Below are positions 27,646 to 42,848 of a stretch of DNA of 64,000 bases, piece by piece. Source of the DNA: the human T2T-CHM13v2.0 reference genome, Homo sapiens; NCBI RefSeq assembly GCF_009914755.1, contig NC_060942.1, one strand, 5' to 3'. A model generated the notes under the pieces. The model was given only the letters and a program-made list of their open reading frames with translations. It made no database searches and was not told the origin of the DNA. Each line of letters begins with the position of its first letter. The stretch's first letter is position 1. A program made the position numbers and the translations under genes.

Positions 27646-28656
27646 GCATAATACATTGGAAATAATAGTCCATTTTACTTGTTGCCCTTAGAAAGCATGA
27701 GATTGTCTCACATTCTCTGAACAGACCCCTCTTGCTTTCTTGATCTGGCATGAGAGAATTTATGTTCCATGTAACAAGAAGAGCCTTGACTACAGTACAT
27801 CAGTTAATGAGAGACATTTTCCGAAGCTTGGCAGAACAGAGTCATCAGGTTTCTAGATCCTTGGGGAGTAAGATCAGAGTCTACAGTGACCCTGTGAATT
27901 GGGAGGAGAGACTGGAAGCATGAACAGTGAAAGGTAGTGTGATTATGCAGGGGAAATAAAAACAACCTTTGAAAAACGATGGGAAGGCGATGGGCTACAC
28001 AAAATATGTCATGTAATAGTGCATGTAGTTGTAATGGGCAGTAATGCAGTAATGGCAGAATGGAGACTGGATCTGGGACAGCCATGTAGCCCGTTGGTTT
28101 AAAAAGCAAAATTAGTTCAGTGATAAGAACAGGCAGGGCATATTGACACTGGAGAAAATGTTCCTTTTATACTCAGCATTGTCAACTTCAGACCAGTAAA
28201 ATGTAGTATTTGTTATTTCATATTTGCCTATGCCACTCTTCTAAAAAATATGATTTCTGTTCTCCAGCATCTTACAGGCTAAAAGAGACAACACTCAGAT
28301 TAACTTCTACATAAAGTCTTGAAGATTCAATGCAGAAACTTACAAACAAAGCATGTAATACTTTAGGAACAAATGTTCTGTTAATTTAAAAAAGCACTTT
28401 CAGTATGCCCTATGTTTTTAATAACAATGAATGTTCTTAATCACAACCAATATCTCCCATGTTGTTAAGACTTTGGAGGCAGAGCTGAGTTCAGAGGCTG
28501 CCTGTGCTGTCCACCTGCTGGGGCCCATGGACAAGCTGCTTAGCCACTTGGAGTCATAGTTTTTGATATGAATAATAGTGATGATAATAACCATCCTGCA
28601 GGGTTGCCACCTTTATACTAGACATAGGAAATTTAGTTTGCTACAGTATTGCCACT

Positions 28657-29016
28657 TGATTTGGTTTGGTTCTGTGTTCTCATCCAAATCTTACCTTGAA
28701 TTGTAATAATCCTCATGAGTTGAGGGAGGGACCTGGTGGGAGGTAATTGAATCATGGGGGTGGGTTTTTCCCAAGCTGTTCTCATGATAGTGAGTAAGTC
28801 TCATGAGATCCGATGGTTTTATAAAGGGGAGTTCCCCTGCACATGCCCTCTTGCCTGCAGCCATGTAAGACATCCCTTTGCTGTTCCTTCATCTTCTGCC
28901 ATGATTGTGAGGCCTCCCCAGTCATGTGGAGCTGTGAATCCATTAAATCTGTTTCCTTTATAAATTACCCAGTCTCGGGTATGTCTTTATCAGCAGCGTG
29001 AGAACAGACTAATACA
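28657..29016 (+). mobile_element. THE1 solo LTR (THE1C-like)
   Basis: tgatttggtttgg...gagaacagactaataca; 5-bp TSD ccact. Confidence 0.92.
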
Positions 29017-29199
29017 CCACTCCTATTATGTTAGCTTCCTCCTCTCACATTTGGGAGCCTCTTTGTGCATTAGGGCTTGTGATCACCTGGGTACAGGTTG
29101 TTACTTTCAAGAGAAGTTCAGCGTTTTTTGTAGTTGAAAAATACATGAGGAAATGTTAAAGGAACCAGAGAAAAAATATGTAGTGCCCTGGAAAAACCT

Positions 29200-29350
29200 G
29201 ATCAACTCACTGTGTGTCCTTAGCCAAGTCACCTAACCTCTTTGGGCTTCAGTTCCTTCATATTTTAAGTTGTGGAGGGTGGGATGAAAATGAGAGGGTA
29301 ATTGCTTGAGATGATTTCTAATATCACTTCCAGCTGTAAAATGTGAGGTT
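29200..29350 (+). mobile_element. MIR (MIR3-like)
   Basis: tgtgtgtccttagccaagtcacctaacctctttgggcttcagtt...cttccagct. Confidence 0.65.
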
Positions 29351-30022
29351 TCTCTAAGATCAGGAGCAAATCTAATTTTTCTTTGACACAAAGGGCTCTT
29401 ACACAAAAGATAATGAATGGCTTTAATATATCTTCCCTGAGGACAGAAAAGAAGAAATAGGGTGACAGTCTCCCTAGGTTTTGGCTGAAGATAAGGAAGA
29501 CTTTCCAGACTGTGAGAATTATTTATTGGTGTGAATCAACAAGGGAGCATGGGATATTCGAGTAGGATAGATTTCTCTCTCTTTGGACAAAGTAGGATCC
29601 TGAACTGAAGCCTAAGTTTGCAGTGGAGGGAGGGTGAGTGCAGTGGGAGGATGTGGGGTGATGAGAGGGATGAAGAGATTAATGGCCTTTCTTTACTAGT
29701 CCCACAGTCTTAGGTGTGACTTGCCAACCTACAGCCCTGGCTTTCAAGCAGTTTGTGCTCCTTGGAGGGTCCACAAGCTTGGTGACTATCAGTGAGTCAC
29801 CAACAGCTACCAGTGTGCTTTGCATTTTGACACAACAGGACTGTATGGAAGGTAGTAATTAGCACAGAGGACACAACAGGTCTAAGCATCACCATTCCAG
29901 TTAGTTTTTACTGTTGTGTTTGAAAAGATAGTAAAATTCTAGAGAAAAACAACAAAACAAAACAACGATTCTTCCTCCCCTAACCAACCCCAAGTTTCCA
30001 AATTAAGCAAGCAGTCAATCTA

Positions 30023-30475
<453 letters not shown>

Positions 30476-30787
30476 TCATTAGGACGGCAGTTTTGTCAGT
30501 TACATTTCGACATATAGCCATTTTGCAAACGATGTTGCTCTTTTAATCTTTATTTTTCTATCAGCATTCCTCCTGTCTCCATGTTCAGTTTCTCTTAAAC
30601 TCAGTCTCATTGTATCAGCTTTAGCTTTTGTTGCTGTTATTGTTTGTTGTATTTTTTTTCCATGATAGGACTTTTATAGAAAATACTTCATTACATCTCA
30701 AGACATTCTTATATTCACCTACTATGGTTTTACTATTTTATCTGCATTTGTTCTCAGCTAATCTTATTACAACTTGGAACCGCTGAG

Positions 30788-30805
30788 GCCCCACTAGGGG
30801 GCTGC
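30788..30805 (+). promoter_or_regulatory. Candidate CTCF core site
   Basis: GCCCCACTAGGGGGCTGC matches the CCASYAGRKGGC core. Confidence 0.45.
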
Positions 30806-32529
30806 AAGTGCAGTAGTCAGAGCCCGCTGTTGCTGCTCTCCCAGCAGAATTCTATCAAGTTAAGACAGACACACTCTTTAGAAAGGACTGCACAGCTGTG
30901 GCCGGATTGAACCACAGATCCCATTGTTTTGTCCAGATGCTGGAGCTGATTCTATCTTCAGAAAAAGAGGGCATTCAAAACAAAAACCAGGTTTGCTATT
31001 TTAAACGACATTGGATCCTTGGGAGCATTGTTTTCTTTTGGAAGCCGAGAGGAAATGTCAGGAAGAGACAGGATGTATATAGGTGGTGTGAGATGCTTCC
31101 GGAGAGTTGTTCAGAGCTTTTTGGATTGGCTTGTATGACTCTTTCCTGCCTCGATTCTCTGCCCTATTTCAATTCACCTGATCCACTGCTGACACATGGA
31201 TCTTTCAAAAAACTCTGCAGTGATCATGTTATTCCCTATTTCGGGAATCATGAATGATTCCACATTATCTAGACCCAAACTCCCACTCTTTCAGAGTATT
31301 AAGGATGCCTTTTAAAGTTAAAAAAAGAGAAGCACCTTATGTCTGCCTTAGAATGGATTCACTACACTTTTAAGTGCGTTTGTATGGAAGTATTCACAAC
31401 AGCATCTATGTACTTTAAATAAATAGTCCAGCTGGGAATAAGTGTTTATTTTGTCAGCTTATAATGCTTAGCTCACTTCTGAATTCCTGGACCCCTTGTA
31501 CTAATCCCTTGGTCCCAGGGTTCTATGAAGCTTGGATCAGAAGTAGTACCCTGGAGGACTAGACTCTAAGCATTGCCAGGAAGTGCTCCTTGGTCAGCTT
31601 CCTCTGATTCCATTGACTTTCCCCAGGTAGATGTTTTCTAGGTATGTCCTCTCTCCTGTCTTTCTGGAGCCCCCTGGACTATTCTCTGGCCTTCTTCCTC
31701 CCTCTTTTCTGTATTTTCAATTGTTCCCTCTTAATTGACACATTCCTTGCAGACCCAGATATACTAAAATATCAACTCATTTAGAATATCCTTGCAATCC
31801 TAAATATCCTCCCACTTTCTAGTTAGCAGGTGCTCTGTTTTCTTCCCCTCACAACCATACTCCTCTACTGGATGGTAAAACTCAGTTGTTGAATCCCATC
31901 TACACTCAAGTCTCCCAGCTCCTGCCTCGTGTTAGGCACTGATCATTTTATACTATTATACTTTATATACCTTGTCTCCAGTTATATTGATACAAAGTTT
32001 CAATTGCTGGTTAAGTGATCTTTACAATAGATGTAACAGATAAGAACTGCGTTAATGACAGATGCTGGCAATAAAGGGTGTTAAACAAACAAAAAGCTTT
32101 AATGGTGATAAATTTTGTAGGAGTAAATAAAAAGAGCTCACTTGATTTGTGGCTCTCCTTTATCAGGTCTCTAGGGGTAGCCTTTTCTGCATGGGGCTGC
32201 TACAGCTTATTTTGATCTATGGTCTTTCTAAGCATTTCATTTTTGGCATTCCAAAGATGACCATCTTGGGAAGGCTGAAACTGACTGCTATGTACTAACT
32301 AGTTAAAAAGCAACCTTCTGAATGATTAAGCAATACAATACCACTTCATTTTGGTAAGAGGAAAAAAGTGGTTATAATTATTGTCCTTTAAAATATAAAT
32401 TCAACATTGTCATTATTCCTGGAACATAGTTGGCACTCACTATATGTTTATAAATTGTGGAATGGTGATTGATCGACAGCGACTCTCTCAATTCCTACTT
32501 GTTTATTCATGCGTTGATTTGATTATTCA

Positions 32530-32830
32530 AGGAGTATTGAGTGCTCAATATGTGACAGATGTTGAATCAAACATTAAGCGGATAATAGTAAACATGCTAA
32601 ACATAGTTATGGTCCTCAGAGGCCAACATTCTGATGGTTGAGACAGATGACTGATAGGTAATTATCATGCAGTGAGGTGAGTTCTATGACGGTGGAAGGG
32701 CAGAGGCTCTGGGAATACTTGGAAAAGTCTCTTAACTTGGATGGGGGTATTGGGAGATCAAGAAAGGCTTCCTGGAAGAAGTAGTATCTACACCGAAACG
32801 TGGATAAGGAGTAGAAAATAGCCATTTAGA
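32530..32830 (-). mobile_element. L2 fragment
   Basis: attcaaggagtattgagtgc...tcaagaaaggcttcctggaagaagt. Confidence 0.6.
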
Positions 32831-32956
32831 TTTAATTAGGAAAGACAGTCACCAAAGTGTTATTATGGCTTTGAGTCATAAGGCACCTACTGAAAGCTTT
32901 TGAGATGAAGCCAGCCATAGGAAGAGAAGATTGTATAGGAAATGTTCAACGTCATA

Positions 32957-34025
32957 TTTTGCGAGAAGTCAGGGACTCCAAACGGAGGGACCAGCTGAAG
33001 CCACGGCAGAAGAACATAAATTGTGAAGATTTCATGGACATTTATTAGTTCCCCAAATTAATACTTTTATAATTTCTTACGCCTGTCTTTACTGCAGTCT
33101 CTGAACATAAATTGTGAAGATTTCATGGACATTTATCACTTCCCCAATTAATACTCTTATAATTTCCTATGCCTGTCTTTACTTTAATCTCTTAATCCCA
33201 TCATCTTCGTAAACTGAGGATGTATGTCGCCTTAGGACCCGGTGATTATTGCGTTGTCTGTACAAATTGTTTGTAAAACATGTGTGTTTGAATGATATGA
33301 AATCTGGGCATCCTGAAAAAGAATAAGATAACAGCGATTTTCAGGGAACAAGGGAGATAACCATAAGGTCTGACTGCCTGCGGGGCCGGGCAGAACAGCG
33401 TCATATTTCTCTTCTTGCAGAAAGCAAATAGGAGAAATATCACTGAATCCTTTTCTCAGCAAGGAATAACCCTGGGGAAGCAATACATTTCCAGGGATGG
33501 GTCTATGGACAGCCACTCTCGGAGTGTCTGTCTTATGTGGTTGAAGATGAGGGATGAAATACGCCCTGGTCTCCTGAAGTGCCCTCAGGCTTGCTAGGAT
33601 TAGGAAATTCCAGCCTGGCAAATTCTAGTCAGACTGGTTGTCTGCTCTCGAACCCTGTTGCCTGTTAAGATGTTTATCAAGACAATACGTGCCCAGCGGG
33701 ACATGGAACCTCATCAGTATTCTAATTTTGCCCTGGCCTTGTGATCTTGCTCTGCCCTTCTGCCCTTGTGATCTTTGAAGCATGGGATCTTTGTGACTTA
33801 CTCCCTGTTCATACCCCACTCCCCTTTTGAAATCCTTAATAAAAACTTGCTGGTTTTGCAGCTCAGGGGGCATCATGGAATCTGCCGATATGTGATGTCA
33901 CCCCCAGAGGCCCAGCTGTAAAATTTCTCTCTTTGTACTCTTTCTCTTTATTTCTCAGACTGGCCGACACTTAAGGAAAATAGAAAGAACCTATGTTGAA
34001 ATATTGGGGGCTGGTTCCCCTGATA
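32957..34025 (+). mobile_element. MER11 solo LTR (MER11C-like; HERV-K11/HML-8)
   Basis: tgcgagaagtcagggactccaaacggaggga...ggggctggttcccctgata; about 1.07 kb; 6-bp TSD gtcata / atcata. Confidence 0.92.
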
Positions 34026-34489
34026 ATCATAAGTGATGATGAATATTGGTTTTAATATTAGCACTTTGGAAACATAAATAAATTTATGAACTATTTTTTA
34101 AAAAATTAACTGCTGAGAATATGAGTAAAAAATGCACCTTTTTACAAACATCCCTGAATGAGATTGTCTTCTCTTTTATGCATATAATTTGTGAATTAAA
34201 AGTTTCATTGATCTGATTTAAACAGGTCAGAATTTTTCACTGAATGAGCAAGTACTGTCTTGTCCATCTCCTCAACATTTCTCAGATCTGTAAGTCTTAC
34301 CTCTCTCCATTTCATCCTTTAAAGTTTTCCCTTAGAACCCTCAGTGTCTACCAGGAGACACTCTCAAGTGGTCACAGGAGGAAGGGGCATAAAGTATCAT
34401 CATGACATAGCTCCACCAGTTTTTTGTCTCCGCACTCCACACACCCTCCAGCATACTTACAGCCTACCAAAAATTTCATGTTCTTTCCT

Positions 34490-34630
34490 TTCATCTTTCT
34501 TTCATGTTTTTGTAGAGATGGGGGTCTTGGTATGTTCCCCAGGGTGGTCTTGAACTCCTAGGCTCAAGGGATCCTCCTTCCTCAGCCTCCCAAGTAGCTG
34601 GAACTACAGGTACATACCACTATGTCTGGC
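34490..34630 (-). mobile_element. FLAM Alu monomer
   Basis: Single arm; TSD tttcatgttctttc / tttcatgctctttc. Confidence 0.8.
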
Positions 34631-35044
34631 TTTCATGCTCTTTCTTGTCTCAGGACATTGCACCCATTTCCTCTGACTGTAATGACCCTTTCCACGCCTC
34701 CACCCCACGAGGAAGTTGTGTCCCAAGACCTAGATCTGACTTCATTTCATCTTTATTCTTCTGTATCACAACTCCATTTGAGGAAATTTATAAAATCTTC
34801 CTCCTGTAGAATAATTTATTTCTAAGAATCATATGTCTTTCAACATGCCCTATACTAGTCATTTTCCTAGAAAAGAAGGGTAATAGAGTTAGAAAATTCA
34901 AAAGGTAGAATGGTAATAGAGGTAATTTAGTTCCATACCCATCCTCTCCAAATGTTGGAACTGAAATTCAGGAAGGTTCTGAAGTTTTCCCCAAGCTTAC
35001 GCAGCTATTAATGTTATATCTGGGTCTTGAACTCTCTTCCTGAT

Positions 35045-35515
35045 TAGAGATCACACCATCCCTTTTCCCTTGTGGGAACTGCCCACTCCTCATTTTTACT
35101 TCATGTGGTTCTGATGGAAATAACCACACCCCTAGCTCCAAAGGTAGGTATGTGACCAAAATCTGGCAGAGTAGTTCATCCCCCTGCTGGTTCAGGAATG
35201 GACTTGTGACCCAAGTTAGGTCAATCAGAGTCACATGGAGACTCTGATTGGAGCCCATGGGCAGAGGAGTTCTACTCATGCCAAGGCTACTCAAAGGGGA
35301 GGGCATGAGCCTGGAGGTTTCCGGTCCCACCCTGGGGAGACCGTGCCTGAGAAGGAAGCACACATTGAATAAAGAAAGAGGGAGAGGGAGATACTGACCT
35401 TGTTAAGCAAGCTGAACTCTGATTTCTCATCTACATGAGGCAATGAATTCTTGTTTTGCTTAAGTGAATTTGATTTGAATTTCTTTTCCATATAATAAGA
35501 GTTCTAACTGATACA
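35045..35515 (+). mobile_element. Old MaLR LTR (MLT1J/K-like)
   Basis: tggttcaggaatggacttgtgacccaagttaggtcaatcagag...gagttctaactgataca. Confidence 0.7.
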
Positions 35516-35728
35516 TCACATCTTCTGATTTCAAGTCCTATTATAAAAATTTCTAACATTTTTATTGGTGTGAAAAATGTTCATTTTTGCAAGGAGAAGT
35601 CATAATGCAACAGCACATGTTTAACCCTGTGGATTTAAATGTAACTTTTGAAGAGCAAAGTAGCTTCAGTTTTTTTCAACAGAACCTGGCAAGTGAAGTT
35701 CACGTCTACTCAAGTCCTTCCTACATAG

Positions 35729-35920
<192 letters not shown>

Positions 35921-36059
35921 TCTTACACTGTTTTCTATGGTAGGAATTACGTCATTGGTTTCTTCTGATTATCAACCTCACACTGGACTGTAAGCCTCCT
36001 GAGGATGGGGGCTATGTATTTCCCTTTAGAAAAATCTTTAGAAAACAGTTAAAACGATA

Positions 36060-36250
36060 TTGATAGTACCTAACACATGTTGAGTGTTTACTATGTGTGC
36101 CAGGCACAGATGCATATGTTTTACTTGTTTAATACTCACAATAAACCTAGGACGTGGGTACCATTTTGTAGATGGAGAAATGATGTTTATAGCTCATCAG
36201 TGGGGGAGCTGAGATTCAATCTTGTGTAGTAAGTTTCTTAACCAGTGCCT
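36060..36250 (-). mobile_element. MIR
   Basis: ttgagtgtttactatgtgtgccaggcac...ccattttgtagatggagaaa. Confidence 0.7.
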
Positions 36251-38319
36251 TCCACTGCTTTCCCTGATGTATAGTTATACTTCGTAATTACTTGTTAAAT
36301 GAAAGAATAAATATCTCTGACATTGGGATATGATACCCATTTTACCTTTGGGGAAACTGAGTCAATAATGAGCAGAACTAGAGCCGGTGTCTCTCAACTC
36401 TTACTAAGGCACCCTTTCCATTATAAAATGCTGATTCGTGAATCAAAAATACAGGCAAATATTTTAAATTTGAAGTTCCAGGTAAGATTCGGGGCTTATC
36501 AGTATAACTTATGTTTTCGCAAAAGACTATCTTCTACACTAAAATATATTAAAGGACTGCTTCTTTAATACATAAAAAATAAAAATAATGAGAAAACCAC
36601 CTAAAACGTAAAAAACTTCTAAGCATTTCCACAGAGAATGCAGAAAAGAATTAATGAGGGTGAGGAATAATCACTTCTACATAAATATAGCAGGTGGCAT
36701 TACTTATGTTGCTATATATCATGTTAATAACTTGAAAACAAGCTAAACTGAATATAAACTATTTCTTTTATTTGTAATTTAGAAAGCCTAGAATAAGGGG
36801 CTCTAAGACTAAGATAGGCCATGTTCTCCATGAAAGATTCCTGGAAACTGAAAAATAAGGTCTTTTAACATTTTGTGATATAACTGTTTTTCTTGGCTTA
36901 AGCGTAGGTTTTAAAAAATGGTGCTCATTGTTTTGCTTGTAGTTCTTTTATGCATGGACAACCGTGCTGATGATGCATTCAGTTTAGGAGAATTTTCCAA
37001 TTGAAAAAGTGCTCTGGAGAAGTTTAAGTGCCATGAATCACCCAAACCTCATCTAAGTCTCGTGAAGGCAAAGGCTGTGAAAGGCAGTCACAGAGAGAAG
37101 ACATATTGTAGTTGTGCTGCCTGATTCAACTAAATAGAAAAATATTTTGTAAAGACATGAGAGTTTCAGGAATCTGGCAGAGTGGTAAGGATAAATGTCA
37201 CTTTCTGTCAGAAAGGCAAAAATGAGTGACCTGCTACTCACCTCCCTCCTCCTCTTTGTCCCCCTCACTGAGGGGCAGACCTAGAATTTCCTTCTTATGT
37301 AAAATACAAACCCAAAGTCTGTTGGTGGCAGTTAGGAAAGTGCTAGAAATGCAATGGGGCATCCCCCCGCCCTGCTTCCCAATTATTTCCTAATGGCTTT
37401 TAGACATTCAAAACGGTTTTGATCAGGTGAATAAGTCAATACGTTTTTCCATTGTGAAGGAAGTAGATTGCTCATAATAATAATAGCTATAGCGGCAGCC
37501 GCAGCAGGAAATATTTTCTGTTCAAAAGGATTGGCTGTCTCCATCCCCATCTGCCCAGGTGAGACCAGGAGTGTGGATGAGTAGAGCTTTTCCGTTCACC
37601 TATCCTTTAAACTAGCATTTAATTCTGAATAGAATAGATATTTTTAATATTTCTCAATTATTAAAACATGGCCTACCTAGGTACACCATTAGAACAACTC
37701 TGTAGAATACGGAGGTATATAAACATCAGCCAATAATCCCCCAGTTGAGTAGTGATTGTAGGCTGTGATTATAGGCAATACAAATGATGTTGAAACTGCT
37801 TCTCCACAAGGTCTCTGCTGATTCCCTTAACCTCTCCATTTTCTAGAATGTATATTCAGCACTAAATGGGGGGTATGGCTGTACTATATATTGGATGAGC
37901 AGATATATTCCAAACTGCCAGCTGAATTTTCCTTTGCCAACAAACAAATCACTACTGTCTCCAGATTGCACTACCAGCATGCCCCAACCGTGAAATGATT
38001 TAAGTGGTAATGGTTTAACTACACAGCCCTCATTTACTCAGTTTTACTTATGTCTATTTTGCCTTCCCAGACAAACAAAACTTCTTCTACTTTCCTGTTC
38101 CCACTGTCTAGAGTAGGGCATACAGCCTGCCCTTAATAAATGATTCTTTAACAATGGTATGTTTCTAAGTTACCGTATGTACAGCCAAGACACGTATCTT
38201 TTCTTTTGAGGGCTTGGTCCTTAGTAATAATCTAGCTTGATGGATTATGAAATTGAGGGTCAATAATGATGCACTAATAAAGGGGAGGAGCAGAAAGAGA
38301 CAGGAGAACCACAGCTTGC

Positions 38320-38520
38320 TTGGAAAACCGTGGTATAATAGCAAGTAACTCCAGTTATGCTATTGACAAGCTGGAACACCCGATCAATTTGCTTCCTCTG
38401 TAAGTCCTGCAGTTCCTCATTTAGGAACAAGGATAACACCCTGCCTTATCTCACAGTGTGGTTGTAAGCACAAAGCAAGTGAAATAATGCCTGTGAAAAC
38501 ACTTCATGAAATGTGAAGTA
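38320..38520 (+). mobile_element. MIR
   Basis: cagttcctcatt...ggataacaccctgccttatctcacagtgtggttgtaag. Confidence 0.55.
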
Positions 38521-38794
38521 CACCACGAGTGAAGTGCTTGTTATGATGATTATGACTGAAATACTCTTAGTGTAATTATTCTCAGACTCTTAACATGTAC
38601 TGAGAGACACCCAGTGTATTTCTAACAAGAACTTAGAAAAATTCAAACGTTATCTCTATCCACAGCTTTCCCCATTCCTCCTCACTAGTCTCTACTGTTT
38701 TCCTCATCTATTCCATCTCTAAAGAAGTGAAACCCACATTAAGCTGTTTGTTTTCTTGAATAACAAGTGAACTATATGCCAGCATAAAGAAGTA

Positions 38795-39462
38795 CAGTCG
38801 ATTTCCATTATTGAAGGTAGAATTATAAATTCACTGTCAACAATGATTTGGTAAATAATTAACCATTCCTTTTAGGAGAAATTCAGGGTTAGGTTCCCAA
38901 GAGCCTCTGGTCACAACACCTTTGTCAACCAATCAACATGTAACCTTGTTTCATGTGTGTTTTTGTTAGACACCTTTTAAAATATATATTGTTGGTTCAC
39001 TAATGTTAAATTCATAGCCAACAGTACTACAACCCATTCCTAAATGAAGCTTATTTAAACACACATATTTTCCTTGTAAAGAACATCACAGCTTTCTTGT
39101 GCTTAGAAATACTAGACAATACTTCAGCAGCATGCTTAGGGGCCATTTTAAATAACAAAATCACTGAAAAAAAGCACTACATTGCAAACAAAACAAAACA
39201 AAACAAAACAAAACAAAAAACCCAAAAAACAAAAGGGGCACTAAATAGACCATGAAAAGGATGCTTGTATATGTGAGCAGAAACAAGAAGGCAGAATGTT
39301 GCCTTGTTTGACCTCAGCTGGGATTGTGCATGTTTGGGACTCTGTCTTTTTGCCACTCTGCACATGTGCACAAATGACCGCAAAAGTGCTGCAAGTCCTG
39401 ATTGTAGGGTTACAAATAAATGTTAGTGAGTAGGTGAATTTGCAAATCATAAGGATTGACTG
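38795..39462. mobile_element. MER82 (TcMar-Tigger) DNA transposon relic
   Basis: Inverted termini cagtcgatt...aaggattgactg; internal cagggttaggttccc..gagcctctggtcacaaca. Confidence 0.8.
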
Positions 39463-40640
39463 ACTACCTATGGAGGGAAGAGTTAGGACTGACTGTTGGA
39501 AATCCTAGGAGAGCCGTTTTCACATCACTTCAAAAAAAGTGTTTTCCTATACTAATTATAATCATCCACCAAGAGAACAACAGGCTTGCCAGTGAGCCCC
39601 TATCACTGCACGTGTTCTAGTAGAAGGGGCCTGATTTAAGTGGCCTTGCGAAAAGTATCTAGGTCCTGAGAGAAGGCCACAAGCTATGAGATGAGCAATG
39701 ATTGCAGAAAGAGTAGAAAAAGCCAAATATAGTTACCATCACTATTGATCATTCTATAAAATCAATCTCCATTTTCTCATACCCAAAATGGAATTTCAAT
39801 CAGGGCAATATCTAGCATTTAAAAAAAAAAGCAGTGCTCTTTTACTTGGAATGTGTGCATAAATGTCCTTTATTCTTGCAAGCTGTCAGATGTTGGAAGC
39901 CACAAGCAGCACTTAGTAGATTATAGAATAGTGAAGAGGAAAATGCTAAGAGATAAGGAAAGGTCACTGAACTGGAAGAATAAGTTCTTCAGTAAATCAT
40001 CAGAACATTAAAGACAGAAAGTTCTCTGGGAGGAAGTCACTTTCAGAAATGCATAACCAAAGCAGGAAGAGAGGATGCATTTTGGTGAAGGTTTGAAATA
40101 TCCAGAGTGCTACATTAATAGGAAACAATCTGTGCCCCTTTCCTTCCAAATAAAAAAGAAAATGATACTCCTTCCCCCAAGTAATACTAGTTATTTAATA
40201 ATCGGGCACTTAATTAAGGCCACACAGAAACATTTGATGCTTAGGTTTAAAATGTATTTCCAGATGCTAGGTTAGGGAGGAGAGGCCACACCACCTTGAA
40301 ATATCTCCCTCCCACCCTCCAGTTCCTGCAAATAGGCAAGGGAAATTCTAAGAACATTCACCAAGAGTTTACTTTTTTTTTTTTTTTAAAGCAGAGCCAA
40401 ATAAAGTAGCAACAAATTCCTTCATTTCTATCCCAGTCTGGCTTCTCTTCTTGCATTGGATCGTGGGCATGCTCCTGCAGGACTCATTCCCATTTGCTTT
40501 TGCTGGGATTTAATAGATCCTGGAGCAGTGGGGAATTGTCCCACATCTACTCATGGGGCTGGGCTGAGTTTCTGATTTCTTCCATTCTTTTTCCACTCAT
40601 ATCTCTGGGCAGAGAGCCAGCAGCCATGCAGAGTCTGTGA

Positions 40641-41860
<1,220 letters not shown>

Positions 41861-41869
41861 ATTTTCATG

Positions 41870-42380
41870 ATTAAATTTCAGTTTGTTTTTTTGTCAAAGT
41901 AGTGCATAGGTGAGGTTGTATACTTCTTATTGCATCGAAGTAACATTAGGTGGCATATAATGTCATTTTTTCTTTATTAATGATGCTAACTTTGACCACT
42001 TGGCTAAGGTGTGGCTGCCAAATCTCTTCTTTGTAAAAGCGCCTTTGTCTTTTTTTAATTAGTAAGTGATTTAGGGGGTAATACTTTGAGATGGGTATAC
42101 ATAATTTCTCAAAAACTATTTACTCACTAATTTTAATAGTTATTAATAATTCTTACCAGAGTCAATTATTATGTTGGTGGTTGCAAAATGGTAATTTCTC
42201 TAATTGAACCATTCCTTTTACATTTCTTAGTAGGCATTTTTCTATAAATAATAGCTTTCTTCTCTCTTTCTTTAGTATTAGTAGTGGATTTTTCTTTATT
42301 CAATCAGTTGTAATTCATTATTGCCAATATGCTTTTTATTTTTCAAATTGTCCCAAGTTTGGCCAGCGGGAACCCCTTAA
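41870..42380 (-). mobile_element. L1MC4/5-like 3' fragment
   Basis: ctttgaccacttggctaagg...caaattgtcccaagtttggccagcgggaacccc. Confidence 0.65.
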
Positions 42381-42545
42381 AATTGGCAAATGGAAACAAT
42401 GAAAGTTACCTAAGAGGGTTGATAACTATAATGAGACAATATGCAATGTCTCAATTCTAGTTTACACCCAATAATGGTTATTTTCATTTTAGTAGAGTTT
42501 TCATAGCTTGAAGCAACCACGTAACTGCTTTTAGCCAATGGCAGG

Positions 42546-42848
42546 TTTTTTTTTTGTTTTGTTATGTTTTGTTTTGAGACAGTCTTGCTCTGTCATCCAG
42601 GTTGGAATGCAGTGATACGATCTCGGCTCACTGCAGCCTCACCTGAGAGGCTCAAGAGATCCTCCCTCCCACCTCTGCCTCCCAAGTAGCTGGGACTACA
42701 GGTGTGTACCACCATGCCCAGCTAATTTTTGTAGAGACAGGTTTCGTCATGTTGCCCAGACTGGTCTTGAATTCCTGAGCTCAAGCAATCCATACAACTC
42801 CGCCTCCCAGAGTGCTGGGATTACAGGTGTGAGCCACCACGCTGCACA
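42546..42848 (-). mobile_element. AluJ
   Basis: Alu dimer with (TTTTG)n tail. Confidence 0.9.

Noticed and set aside
33012-33190. 91-bp tandem duplication
   Set aside because: It is a normal internal feature of MER11 LTR consensus sequences.
36960-37020. TGATGA resembling a snoRNA C box
   Set aside because: There is no well-placed CTGA D box or terminal stem.
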